Below are positions 51,087 to 60,842 of a stretch of 64,000 bases of DNA, one piece after another. Source of the stretch: Thermotogaceae bacterium (lineage in GTDB: Bacteria; Thermotogota; Thermotogae; B21-G9; HyVt-16); NCBI GenBank assembly GCA_029981435.1, contig JARRBB010000003.1, positions 15,603 through 79,602 on the forward strand, given 5' to 3'. The notes under the pieces are model-generated. The model was not told the DNA's origin, did not search any database, and was given only the letters and a program-made list of their open reading frames with translations. A program made the position numbers and the translations under genes. Positions within the stretch are counted from its first letter, which is position 1; the number at the start of each line of letters is the position of its first letter.

Positions 51087-51626
51087 GTGCTTTTTATAAT
51101 AATTTTAAAGATAATCGGTTGGGCGGTTGCAATACCAATCGGGTTGTTATATGCATTTATAGAATCTTTGACAGACTTAGGAATAAATATCAATAAGTTC
51201 AAACTCAAGAATTTGATTAGAATTGTGTTCATACCTATTATATCATTTTTAATTTTGATTTTACTTGGAATTAAAGCGGGTTTGATATTTTTAATTATAT
51301 ATTTTGGTTTCATTTTCGTGAGCAGGTCTTTTTACATGAGAGCATTTCATAGTAACAAACTGAAAAATATTCTTTTGAAATATGTGAAAAACAAATTTGG
51401 GAAGGAAAAAACAATAAAGAATATTATGAAAGCTTTGAGAAAGAAGCGAAAAGCAAATCTTATTACAGTATTTGTTGATACAAAAGATGTTTCAATAAAA
51501 ATATTTATACCGGGATTTTTAGTTGGCCTTGTTCTGAAATTATTTCCCAGAGGTTTGATAAGAAAAGGTTTTCATGAAGACTCAGCGATATGGACATATT
51601 ATCACCATAGCAAAAAAGTTGAATAA
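51087..51626 (+). CDS. hypothetical membrane protein
   Basis: The GTG at 51087 lies 9 nt after GAGGAGG. Three TM helices, a basic linker, and a C-terminal segment LITVFVDTKDVSIKIFIPGFLVGLVLKLF that resembles the next gene's core. Confidence 0.45.
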   Translation: MLFIIILKIIGWAVAIPIGLLYAFIESLTDLGININKFKLKNLIRIVFIPIISFLILILLGIKAGLIFLIIYFGFIFVSRSFYMRAFHSNKLKNILLKYVKNKFGKEKTIKNIMKALRKKRKANLITVFVDTKDVSIKIFIPGFLVGLVLKLFPRGLIRKGFHEDSAIWTYYHHSKKVE

Positions 51627-51738
51627 ATAAAAGATTCCAAGAATCCCGTTGATCTAAAAATATTAAATTGTATTTTTATTTTTTTAATCTATGTTATAAT
51701 AATATTGAATGTAAGAATAAAAAAATGGAGGGGATTTT

Positions 51739-52118
51739 ATGTACGATTCTCTCAAAAGTATTTTGGAACTCTTAAAAAGCAAAAAATAGATATTGATGAA
51801 GCAATAGAACTAATAGAGGCCCTTTATGATGTTGAAAAAGAAGAAACGAAAAGCGAAGAAGTAAGTTACGGTAAGGAAAAAAGAAAATTTTTGAGAATAG
51901 TTGTTGATTCCTCAGAAGGAGATAAAGTCAGAGTCAATGTTCCTATAGATCTTATTAAATATGTTAAGACGTTTATCCCAAAAAATGTGAAGAATGAATT
52001 AGATTCCCAAGAGGTGGATCTCGATAATATAATAAAAATGGTCGAAGAAGGTTTTGAAGGAGAAATAGCTACAATTGACTCGGGGAAGGGTGACCATATA
52101 AGAATATTTGTTGAATAA
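51739..52118 (+). CDS. hypothetical protein with SHOCT/LiaX-N-like helical N-terminus; reading frame interrupted at an A6 run (51781-51786)
   Basis: The ATG at 51739, 5 nt after GGAGGGG, encodes MYDSLKSILELLKSKK-stop. The -1 frame continues seamlessly as IDIDEAIELIEALYD...IRIFVE through to 52118. The track's TTG at 51705 reads through the RBS and has no SD of its own. Confidence 0.5.
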
Positions 52119-52129
52119 AGATAATCTGT

Positions 52130-53605
52130 TCATTTGTTTTGAAAAACGAGTTCACCGTTTAAAACAACTAAGCTGGGGCTTAATCCATCTGGATTTGTTT
52201 TAATTTTTTCAAATGGGTTTTCTTTGAATATGCAAAAATCTGCAAATTTATTTTTTTCAATGCTTCCAAGTATGTTTTCAATTCCAAACATTTTTGCAGG
52301 ATTCAATGTGTATGTTTTTAAAGCATCTACTTCTGTGAAACCTTCGTTTATCAATATGTTCATACCCAAATAAGGATTCGGAGATTCTACTGGTGCATCG
52401 GAAGACGATGATATTAAAATGCCACGATTCTTCAGTTTGATGAAAGGATAGACATGTTTCTTCCTTTCTTCATCGAATATTTTTTCTACGAGTATTTCAT
52501 CAGATCTCTTGAAAATCGGCTGTATCGTGACATTAATACCTTTTTCTTTGGTTGATTTTATAAGTTCGTCATCAGCTATCTGAAAATGTATTATTCTTAT
52601 CTTTTCACCTGGTGAACCTGTTTTTTCGGCTATTTTTAAGATTTGTTCTATTGCTCTATCACCAATTGCATGAATAGATAATCTAATTCCAAATTCTTTA
52701 CTCTTCAAAAATATTTCTGAAAGTTCCTCATCGGATTTTAGAAGCATACCAATGTTTTCAGAATCGTCTTTGTACGGCTTTTTAAGTGCTGCAGTTCTTG
52801 CGCCAAAGGAACCATCGGCAAAAAGCTTAACAGATGTAACATAGAAGAAATCGTTATATTTTTTGAATGCTTTTCTGGAAACAATGGATTCAATATCATT
52901 TTGAGAATTTATGGTTATTTCGTCAAAAACTCTCAGATTTTTAAATTTGAGAAGAGCTTCTTTTATTTTATCGAATTTTTCAACAAAAATATCATTGCTG
53001 ATTACTGATGTTATACCAAAACTCTTTAAATTTTCCTGAGCTTTTTGAATATAAGACTCTATTTTTTCTTCGCTTTCTATGAGTTTCATAACTTCACTTA
53101 AAGCATTTTCAGAAATTAAACCATTTTCCATGTCTATTTCAGCTGACTTAATTTTTGATAGTTGAAACTTTAAGAGTAATTGTGTATTTGCAACTGCTAT
53201 ATGTCCACATTTTCTTACTAATATGACAGGTTTATCCGGGAAAAAAGTATCCAGTACGGAACGCTCAGGTTTTTTGTCAAGTAGATCATCATTCCAACCT
53301 CTTGCTACAAGAAGTTCAGAGTTATCTTTTTCTTTCAAAAAATCAAGCATTTCATGAAGTTTTGAAAAATTTGAAAGGTCATAATTGGAAAGCTGCCTTC
53401 CATAACTTATCAGATGAAGATGTGAGTCTATTAGTCCCGGTAACACGTATTGACCACTTAAATTGATTTCTTTAAAACCGATTTTATCCAGATTTCTGGA
53501 TATTTCAACTATTATTCCGTTTATTACCAACAAATCTTTCTGCACGAAATCTTCAACTTTGAAGTCGAAAACTCTTGCATTCTTAAATAAAACTGTTTTC
53601 TCCAT
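52130..53605 (-). CDS. metal-dependent amidohydrolase (Amidohydro_3 / YtcJ-like)
   Basis: LPGLIDSHLHL metal-binding start, internal HAIGD, and C-terminal SSSDAPVE. Confidence 0.75.
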   Translation of the reverse strand: MEKTVLFKNARVFDFKVEDFVQKDLLVINGIIVEISRNLDKIGFKEINLSGQYVLPGLIDSHLHLISYGRQLSNYDLSNFSKLHEMLDFLKEKDNSELLVARGWNDDLLDKKPERSVLDTFFPDKPVILVRKCGHIAVANTQLLLKFQLSKIKSAEIDMENGLISENALSEVMKLIESEEKIESYIQKAQENLKSFGITSVISNDIFVEKFDKIKEALLKFKNLRVFDEITINSQNDIESIVSRKAFKKYNDFFYVTSVKLFADGSFGARTAALKKPYKDDSENIGMLLKSDEELSEIFLKSKEFGIRLSIHAIGDRAIEQILKIAEKTGSPGEKIRIIHFQIADDELIKSTKEKGINVTIQPIFKRSDEILVEKIFDEERKKHVYPFIKLKNRGILISSSSDAPVESPNPYLGMNILINEGFTEVDALKTYTLNPAKMFGIENILGSIEKNKFADFCIFKENPFEKIKTNPDGLSPSLVVLNGELVFQNK

Positions 53606-53613
53606 TTTTTAAC

Positions 53614-53919
53614 TTAAAAACCCAGCTTCTTTTTAACTTCAGGATCAATTCTATCAGGCGTCCATGCGGGCTCCCAAACAAGATTTATATTAACTTCACC
53701 TACATTCGGAAGATCCTTTAAACGTGCTCTGGCATCTTCAAGCATTAAACCAGCGAGAGGACAACCGGGTACAGTCATGGTCATATTAACGGAAATATTG
53801 TTGTTATCATCGATATTGATATCGTATACTAATCCCAAACTCACAACATCTATACCTATTTCGGGATCTACAACCTCAGATAAAGCTTTAATAACATCAT
53901 CCTTTGTTATTTTTGACAT
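53614..53919 (-). CDS. DUF59 (MIP18/SufT-like) Fe-S cluster assembly protein
   Basis: DPEIGIDVVSLGLVYDI and MTMTVPGCPLA motifs, 101 aa. Confidence 0.8.
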   Translation of the reverse strand: MSKITKDDVIKALSEVVDPEIGIDVVSLGLVYDINIDDNNNISVNMTMTVPGCPLAGLMLEDARARLKDLPNVGEVNINLVWEPAWTPDRIDPEVKKKLGF

Positions 53920-53981
53920 CTTATAAAACTCCTTTCTACTTTTATCTTTGACATTTTGATTATACTATATAAAAAAGAAAC

Positions 53982-54926
53982 TCATCTTAAATTTATTTTA
54001 AAAGTTGTTCCAAGCATCCAGTCAGATTCCACTTTTATTGAATATCCTGCGAGTTGTGCAAGATGTTTTACAACTGATAAACCAAGGCCAGAACCTTTAG
54101 GAGCCATTTTTATCGCCTCGGGACTTCTATAGAATCTCTGAAAAATCTTGTTTAAATCCTCTTTTTTTATGCCAATTCCATGATCTTTCACTTGGATAAC
54201 TTTGTCTGTTATCAAGATTTCAACCACCGAATTTTCAAAGGAATACTTAACAGCATTTGATAAGAGATTTCTAAGAATAGTGTATATGACAAATCCATCG
54301 GCTTCTAAAAATTCAACATGACAATTTAGTTCGAGTTTGATGTTTTTTTCCAATATAATTTTTGATAAATCGTTTTTAACCTCCTCGAATATTTTCTTGG
54401 GGTCTATTAACGTTTTTTTTAACTCATACAGTCCCATTTGAGCCATAGCGATTAGTTGGGTTTGCTTTACAATCCTTTCAATTCTTTTAATAGAATTCAA
54501 AATACTATCCAAAGATTCAGTATCTGGGAATTTTTCTTTCAAAATCAATGAATTCGCTTTCAAAGAAGACAAGGGGGTGAGTATTTCATGAGCTATAGAT
54601 GAAACGAGGTTGTACTTTATTTCTTCGATTAGTTTTTCTTTTGTTTTGTCTTTAATTATCATCAGTTGTTCTTCAGAAATATAAATTATCTGACCATAAA
54701 TCAGATCTTCGGATGGGAATCTTATGATTTGTTCAGAATTATAACTTTTTTGCTCATAAACATACTTTGCGAACTTTTCAATATCATCGAAAAAAAGTTG
54801 TTCAAATATATTTGAATCAGATTTTAATTTGAATTCTTCGCCCTTTTTGTTGAACCATAATATCTTTGTATTTTCGAGTTTGATAACTATTTCATCAATA
54901 TGATTTAGGAATTTTAAACTTATCAA
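53982..54926 (-). CDS. phoR: soluble sensor histidine kinase (PhoR-like partner of the pst operon)
   Basis: H-box SSIAHEILTPLSSL, N box LLSNAVKYS, G boxes DHGIGI and GSGLGLS. No TM helix in the 110-aa N-terminal region. Confidence 0.75.
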   Translation of the reverse strand: MISLKFLNHIDEIVIKLENTKILWFNKKGEEFKLKSDSNIFEQLFFDDIEKFAKYVYEQKSYNSEQIIRFPSEDLIYGQIIYISEEQLMIIKDKTKEKLIEEIKYNLVSSIAHEILTPLSSLKANSLILKEKFPDTESLDSILNSIKRIERIVKQTQLIAMAQMGLYELKKTLIDPKKIFEEVKNDLSKIILEKNIKLELNCHVEFLEADGFVIYTILRNLLSNAVKYSFENSVVEILITDKVIQVKDHGIGIKKEDLNKIFQRFYRSPEAIKMAPKGSGLGLSVVKHLAQLAGYSIKVESDWMLGTTFKINLR

Positions 54927-54930
54927 TTTT

Positions 54931-55596
54931 TTATCCCCGCTTGACGAAACAATATCCTATACCTCTTATTGTTTTTATCCAGTTCTTCCCTATTTTTGAC
55001 CGTATCATACTTATGTGAACATCCACAACTCTGTCAGAAACAAAATCATCCTCACTCCATATAATATCAAGTAATTGAGTTCTTGTATAAACTTTTCCTG
55101 GATTTGAAGCAAGAAGTTTCAATATTTCGAATTCTTTGGTGCTTAGCTCTAACTTTTGCCCCTTGAGTTCTACTTCAAAGCTATCAGGATATATCTTTAG
55201 ATCACCAAAATCGTAAATTTCAAAGTCTTTCCTGATTCTTCTCAACAATGACCTTATTCTGGCAACAAGTTCCCTTGGATTGAAAGGTTTTGTTAAGTAA
55301 TCATCCGCTCCAGCTTCAATACCATATATTTTATCTCTATCAAGATTTCTGGCTGATAAGACTATTATTCCAACTCCTTCGTTTTTTGCTCTTAAATCCG
55401 GTATAATGTCCAACGCATCACCATCGGGTAACATCAGATCTAATATTATGATATCAACCTTAGTATTTTTTAGCTGTTCAAACATTTTTTGGATATTCTC
55501 TGCTTCTAAAATATTGAATCCTTCTATTTTTAGATAATTTTTCACAATGTTTCTAATATCTTTGTCATCTTCCACAATTAATATGTTGTTACTCAT
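54931..55596 (-). CDS. phoB: OmpR/PhoB-family response regulator
   Basis: Receiver domain (ILIVEDD .. DIIILDLMLPDGD .. LSAR .. KPF) plus winged-helix output. The ATG at 55596 sits behind GAAGGAG. Confidence 0.85.
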   Translation of the reverse strand: MSNNILIVEDDKDIRNIVKNYLKIEGFNILEAENIQKMFEQLKNTKVDIIILDLMLPDGDALDIIPDLRAKNEGVGIIVLSARNLDRDKIYGIEAGADDYLTKPFNPRELVARIRSLLRRIRKDFEIYDFGDLKIYPDSFEVELKGQKLELSTKEFEILKLLASNPGKVYTRTQLLDIIWSEDDFVSDRVVDVHISMIRSKIGKNWIKTIRGIGYCFVKRG

Positions 55597-55607
55597 ATTC
55601 AGCTCCT

Positions 55608-56273
55608 TCAAAGAACATCCGTTATGTTTTTACCAGTTTCAATATAAATCACTTCCTCACATAAGTTAGTGGCATGATCAGCTATTCTTTCAATATCGTG
55701 AGCAAGTAGAATGTAAATTGAAATAAGTTCAGGCTGGAAACTATCATCGCTTTTAACTTTATTTTCAACGAGTTTGATTATTTCCACCTGTAAATCATCA
55801 ACGATATCATCTTCTTTCCAAATTCTTTTAGCAAGCTCCAAATCCCTATTACTAAAGGATTTAACAGCTTCTTTAACCATCTTTATAGCTGTTCCAACCA
55901 TATCTTTCAATTCTTTGGTCAATCTAAAATCAAGGTTATTTTCAATAACTTTTACGGTTTTCTCTGCTATATTGCATGCTAAATCTCCTATTCTTTCAAG
56001 GTCGTTAGAAAATTTTATCATCGCAATAACATATCTCAAGTTTTTAGACAAAGGTGTGTATCTGCCTATTATCTGGAAGACTTCATTTTCAGTATCTCTG
56101 TTTGTTTGGTCTATCAAGTCATCCATCTCTAAAACACGATTTGCAAGGTTAAGATCTCTGCTTTCAAGAGATTTGATCGAATTTTCAAGTGATTCAGTAA
56201 CCAAAAGTAACATTTTTGAGATTTTAGATCTGAGAAAATCTATTTCTCTCTCAAAATGATGCAATTGTTCCAT
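55608..56273 (-). CDS. phoU: phosphate signalling complex protein PhoU
   Basis: Two PhoU repeats with ERIGD and ERIADH metal-binding motifs. Confidence 0.9.
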   Translation of the reverse strand: MEQLHHFEREIDFLRSKISKMLLLVTESLENSIKSLESRDLNLANRVLEMDDLIDQTNRDTENEVFQIIGRYTPLSKNLRYVIAMIKFSNDLERIGDLACNIAEKTVKVIENNLDFRLTKELKDMVGTAIKMVKEAVKSFSNRDLELAKRIWKEDDIVDDLQVEIIKLVENKVKSDDSFQPELISIYILLAHDIERIADHATNLCEEVIYIETGKNITDVL

Positions 56274-56288
56274 AATAAAATTACCTCC

Positions 56289-57044
56289 TTAGCTTATTTG
56301 ACCATTAAGATAAGCTTCTGTAAGTTCCGATTCAGGTTGATTAACTATTTTAGAAGTTTCACCAAATTCTATCAAGTCACCCCTATATAGAAAAGCCATG
56401 TAATCAGAAATCCTAATCGCCTGTGCCAGATTATGAGTAACTATTATTATAGTATACTTCTCTGATAGTTCTTCAAGCAAAAATTCTATTTTTTTTGTTG
56501 CGATTGGATCAAGTGCAGAAGTAGGTTCATCTAAAAGTAAAACTTCCGGTTCAACTGCTATAGCTCTTGCAATACACAATCTTTGCTGTTGTCCACCAGA
56601 AAGCTGTGTTGCTGTTTTTTTTAATTCATCTTTTACTTCATCCCACAAAGCAGCATCTCTAAGAGCTTTTTCGACGATCAGATCGAGTTTTCTTTTATCT
56701 TTTATCCCGTGTATTCTCGGTCCAAAAGCAACGTTATCGTATATTGACATTGGAAATACTGTAGGTTTCTGAAAGACCATTCCTACATTTTTTCTGAACT
56801 CTGAGATATCTATGTCAGGATCGTATATGTTTTTCCCTTTGAAATAGATCTCACCCGTGACTTTGAAATTTGGTATTTCATCGTTTATGCGATTCAGACA
56901 CCTTACCAATGTAGACTTTCCACATCCTGAAGGGCCTATTATCGCAGTTATAACCTTCTTTGGAAATTTGATATTTATATTTTTTAATGCGATTTTTTCA
57001 CCATAAAATGCGCTTAGGTTATTTACCTCTATTATCCAGTCCAA
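56289..57044 (-). CDS. pstB: phosphate ABC transporter ATP-binding protein
   Basis: [35 protein letters not shown]. Typical PstB length. Confidence 0.93.
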   Translation of the reverse strand: MDWIIEVNNLSAFYGEKIALKNINIKFPKKVITAIIGPSGCGKSTLVRCLNRINDEIPNFKVTGEIYFKGKNIYDPDIDISEFRKNVGMVFQKPTVFPMSIYDNVAFGPRIHGIKDKRKLDLIVEKALRDAALWDEVKDELKKTATQLSGGQQQRLCIARAIAVEPEVLLLDEPTSALDPIATKKIEFLLEELSEKYTIIIVTHNLAQAIRISDYMAFLYRGDLIEFGETSKIVNQPESELTEAYLNGQIS

Positions 57045-57867
57045 TTTTACCCCTCCTCATAGTAAAAGCTATGGAGTATATTATGAGAACTATTATTAAA
57101 AGAAGAGCAGAAGATGCTTTTGCCATCCATTGTGCACTCTCTCCATATGCCATAGAAGCGTAGTAGATATGTGATGGGAGTGCCATCACAGGATCTAAAA
57201 AGCTTTTTGGAAGATGTGTTGAGAAAAATACAGCACCTGTTAAAATTATCGGAGCGGTTTCACCAAAGATTCTGCCACTTCCAATCAACGCTGAGGTTAT
57301 AATTCTATTTTTTGCTGCTTTTAGCAAAACTTTTGATATCACTTCCGTTTTGTTGCAGCCAAGGGCATAAGCTGCTTCTCTTAATTCTACTGGAACAGCT
57401 TTTACAGCTTCCTTTACAGAAGAAGCGATTACAGGTAATGTCATTAAAGATAGTGTTAGACTTGCAGATATTAAGGAAGTTCCCAAATTCATTCTTATAC
57501 AGAACAGCGATAAACCGAATAAACCATAAACAATTGATGGTATTCCTGAAAGGGAAGTTAAAGCTACGTCAATAGGTTTAATAAAAAATAGTGTATCATA
57601 TTCTGATAAAAATATGCCCATTATAATTCCAAGAGGAACAGAAAAAATTATTCCAAGGGAAATTAGAATCAAACTTCCTACAATCGCTGGAAACACACCA
57701 CCTTCTGTCATAGCATTACTTGGATATTTTATGAAAAAATCTATTGAAAAATATCTTGCACCGTCTATTATCACCACTAAGAATATACCAATAGTGGCAA
57801 GAAAAGTTGAATACGTTAAAATCCTGAATATCGTTTTTAGTATTAAATCCTTTTTCAATGCTTCCAA
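57019..57867 (-). CDS. pstA: phosphate ABC transporter permease PstA
   Basis: 6-TM BPD permease with an EAA loop ([11 protein letters not shown]), located between pstC and pstB. Confidence 0.88.
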   Translation of the reverse strand: MEALKKDLILKTIFRILTYSTFLATIGIFLVVIIDGARYFSIDFFIKYPSNAMTEGGVFPAIVGSLILISLGIIFSVPLGIIMGIFLSEYDTLFFIKPIDVALTSLSGIPSIVYGLFGLSLFCIRMNLGTSLISASLTLSLMTLPVIASSVKEAVKAVPVELREAAYALGCNKTEVISKVLLKAAKNRIITSALIGSGRIFGETAPIILTGAVFFSTHLPKSFLDPVMALPSHIYYASMAYGESAQWMAKASSALLLIIVLIIYSIAFTMRRGKIGLDNRGK

Positions 57868-58718
57868 CTCCTTTGAATACTTTTGGATATCCAGGTTAAG
57901 ATCAGAGAAATTATAAGTAATATTAGACCCGCTACAAATAAAACTGAATAATGTAGACTACCAAGCTCAACTTCACCCATTTCGCTTGCTATTGCTGATG
58001 TCAACGTTCTTAAAGGATCAAAGAGTGATTTTGGAATTATATTAGCATTTCCAGAGACCATTAAGACAACCATTGTTTCACCCATTATACGGTTTACAGT
58101 AAGTATAAACGCATTCAAAATTCCTGGAAGTGCAGCTCGAGTAATTACAATGAATAGAGCAGAGAATCTTGATGATCCTAACGCAAGGGCACTTTCGAAC
58201 AAAACTTTGTCAACAGACTCGAACGATTCGTAGGTTAGAGAGACAACGTAAGGTAACGAAAGAATGGTTAAACCAATTATAGTGAGTAAAAGATTTTCCG
58301 TTGACCATATTTCGAAAGTTATCAATACAGGAGCTATGTATATCAAAACAACAGAACCGATTACAACTGAAGGAACTCCAGATAGAAGATCCAAAACAGA
58401 TCTTACTATCTCTTTCTCTCTCAAATTCGCGTATGCGTACAGATAAGCCGAGACAATATAACCGAGCGGTATTACCACCAGAGAAGTCAGGAAAGTTAGA
58501 AGAAAGGAATCAACTATCATTGTTAAAAGTCCATACTCAGCATCATCGTATGTTGGATACCAGTTGAAACTTGTAAAAATCTCACTTCCCACACTTTTGA
58601 GTGCGGGAAGTGACTCACTAATCATGAAAATAAAAATCAAAGTAAGTATTACAATGCTTAATGTGGCAACTGCGAAAATCGTGATAGTATTCAATAAATA
58701 TTTCAATTCACGATACAC
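57855..58718 (-). CDS. pstC: phosphate ABC transporter permease PstC
   Basis: 6-TM BPD permease (ESALALGSSRF), immediately downstream of pstS. Confidence 0.88.
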   Translation of the reverse strand: MYRELKYLLNTITIFAVATLSIVILTLIFIFMISESLPALKSVGSEIFTSFNWYPTYDDAEYGLLTMIVDSFLLTFLTSLVVIPLGYIVSAYLYAYANLREKEIVRSVLDLLSGVPSVVIGSVVLIYIAPVLITFEIWSTENLLLTIIGLTILSLPYVVSLTYESFESVDKVLFESALALGSSRFSALFIVITRAALPGILNAFILTVNRIMGETMVVLMVSGNANIIPKSLFDPLRTLTSAIASEMGEVELGSLHYSVLFVAGLILLIISLILTWISKSIQRSWKH

Positions 58719-58739
58719 TTGAATTTTAACCCCCTATCC

Positions 58740-59564
58740 TTAAAACCCGTAAGCAGCTATATAACCAGCTTTTTCGACCAATTCTTGACCTTTTTTTGAA
58801 ACGGCGAAATTTATATATATTTTTACAGGTCCTCTATCTGGTAAACCGTTGGTTGCATCTATGAACATAAAAAGAGGTCTTGAAATTGGATATTCACCAG
58901 AAAGTATAGTTGCTTTTGTTGGCATAACTTTTTCTACTTTCAGTATTTTCACGTCTTCTGTGACATAACCAAGGCCAGTGTATGCTATAGCATAAGGATT
59001 GTTTTTGACACTATCAATCTCAAGTTGAGTTGATTCAACCATTCTCACAGTTGGAGACATTTTTTCACCTTTCAAAACTATGTTTTCAAAAGTTTCAAAT
59101 GTTCCTGAAGCCGTGTTGCGCGAATAAACAACTATCGGCTTTTTTGGAAGGTTAGGATTCAATTGTGCCCAATATCTTATTTTTCCTGTATAAATATCTT
59201 TGAGTTCTTCAAGTGAGATACTTTCAATATTCAGTTTTTTATTAACAATGATTGCTATTCCATCGTATCCAATTATGAAAGGTACGAAATATTTTCCTTC
59301 TTCGTGCATTCGAACAAGCTCCTTGTCTTTTAGCCATCTACTCGAGTTTGCAATATCAGCTGTTCCGTTGAAAAGCGCAGCAATTCCTGTTGATGATCCA
59401 GCTCCTTCGAGTGTTATCCTGATATCGTACTGCTTTTTAAGTTCTTCAATCCAAAGCTGGGCAATTGGAAACACTGTGTTTGATCCTTTGATAACAAGTG
59501 TTTCAGTTGCAAAAATCGAAATTCCCATTATCAATAACATAAACACTAACCAAAACTTTTTCAT
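58740..59564 (-). CDS. pstS: phosphate-binding protein PstS
   Basis: Signal peptide, then IKGSNTV .. GAGSSTG phosphate-binding motifs. The ATG at 59564 sits behind AGGAGGG. The track's 59600 start lacks an RBS. Confidence 0.88.
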   Translation of the reverse strand: MKKFWLVFMLLIMGISIFATETLVIKGSNTVFPIAQLWIEELKKQYDIRITLEGAGSSTGIAALFNGTADIANSSRWLKDKELVRMHEEGKYFVPFIIGYDGIAIIVNKKLNIESISLEELKDIYTGKIRYWAQLNPNLPKKPIVVYSRNTASGTFETFENIVLKGEKMSPTVRMVESTQLEIDSVKNNPYAIAYTGLGYVTEDVKILKVEKVMPTKATILSGEYPISRPLFMFIDATNGLPDRGPVKIYINFAVSKKGQELVEKAGYIAAYGF

Positions 59565-59636
59565 ACTTTTCCCTCCTATTAATTTTATCTGCATTTTCAA
59601 ATTACACCATGAATTTTTGGAGAGTTTTGTAGTTTT

Positions 59637-59653
59637 TTAAGAATTGTTAAGAA
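59637..59653 (-). promoter_or_regulatory. candidate Pho-box: direct repeat TTCTTAA-N3-TTCTTAA (minus-strand reading)
   Basis: A 7-nt direct repeat with a 10-bp period lies about 75-90 nt upstream of the pstS ATG. This geometry is typical for OmpR/PhoB-family binding. The match is short and AT-rich. Confidence 0.25.
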
Positions 59654-59683
59654 AAAAGGCCTGCATTCATGCAGGCCTTTTTG
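59651..59683 (-). terminator. rho-independent terminator after rpoD (symmetric, potentially bidirectional)
   Basis: GGCCTGCA-TTCA-TGCAGGCC flanked by A6 and T5. Confidence 0.85.
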
Positions 59684-59687
59684 AGTT

Positions 59688-60842
59688 TTATTGATTCAGT
59701 AAAGACATTAGAGCTTTAAGATTTTTGCTTCTTGAAGGATGCCTCAGTTTCCTCAGGGCTTTAACTTCAATTTGTCTTATTCTTTCACGAGTCACATTGA
59801 AATACTGTCCAACTTCTTCCAGAGTTTTAGCTTTACCATCTATCAACCCATACCTCATCTTTAAAACAGCTGCTTCACGTGGTCCGAGTGTGTTTAAAAC
59901 CTTCACAATTTCTTCCCTTATAAGCATTCTCATCGCAGTTTCTTCAGGTGAGCTTATGTTATCATCCTTTAGAAAATCTCCAAAGGTTGAATCTTCATCA
60001 CTTCCAACCGGTGACTCAAATGAAACCATTTCTTTATCAGCCTGAAGTATCTCTTCTATCTTTTCGACTGGCTTGTTAGCAAGTTTTGCAAGTTCTTCAA
60101 CTGAAGGATATTCACCGTTTTCCTGTAGATACTCTCTTATTATTTTGTTTAACTTGTTTATAGTTTCAACCATATGTACAGGCACGCGTATTGTTCGAGC
60201 CTGATCTGCTATTGCACGGGTTATTGCTTGCCTTATCCACCAGGTAGCATAAGTACTAAATTTATACCCTTTCTTCCAATCGAACTTTTCTACTGCTTTC
60301 AGAAGACCAATGTTACCTTCCTGAATGAGATCTAAAAAAGACAATCCTCTTCCTATGTATCTCTTTGCAATACTGACGACCAATCTCAAGTTTGCTACTG
60401 TAAGTTTCTCTTTTGCTTTTTTGTCACCCTGTTGGGCTCTACGAGCCAGAGCTCTTTCCTGACTTGCGGTTAGCAATGGTATCTTACCAATTTCTTTGAG
60501 ATATATTTTTACAGGATCCTTAAAGTAAGAATTTTCATAAACTTCAGGTCCACTTTCTTCAAGGATTGTATCGAAATCATCCTCAGAATTCGAACCAGAT
60601 TTTTTTTCTTCGTCAGCTGGACTATCGATGACTTTGATATTTCTGCTCTCTAATTCTTCATAAATTTTTTCTATAAAGTTTGAATCAAAGCCTTCGTAAT
60701 CTGGTGGAATGGCAGAATCTATATCTTCATATGTTATGTATCCTTTTTTTTCACCCAACTGAATTAATTTTTTAATCCGTTTCTCCAGTTCTTTTTCACT
60801 TAATTTTTTAGAAACATTTTTGAGGGGTTCTCTTTTTGCCAT
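59688..60842 (-). CDS. rpoD: primary RNA polymerase sigma factor (sigma-A/RpoD)
   Basis: Regions 1.2 to 4 are present. [27 protein letters not shown] (region 2.4/3) and [17 protein letters not shown] (4.2). Confidence 0.95.
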   Translation of the reverse strand: MAKREPLKNVSKKLSEKELEKRIKKLIQLGEKKGYITYEDIDSAIPPDYEGFDSNFIEKIYEELESRNIKVIDSPADEEKKSGSNSEDDFDTILEESGPEVYENSYFKDPVKIYLKEIGKIPLLTASQERALARRAQQGDKKAKEKLTVANLRLVVSIAKRYIGRGLSFLDLIQEGNIGLLKAVEKFDWKKGYKFSTYATWWIRQAITRAIADQARTIRVPVHMVETINKLNKIIREYLQENGEYPSVEELAKLANKPVEKIEEILQADKEMVSFESPVGSDEDSTFGDFLKDDNISSPEETAMRMLIREEIVKVLNTLGPREAAVLKMRYGLIDGKAKTLEEVGQYFNVTRERIRQIEVKALRKLRHPSRSKNLKALMSLLNQ

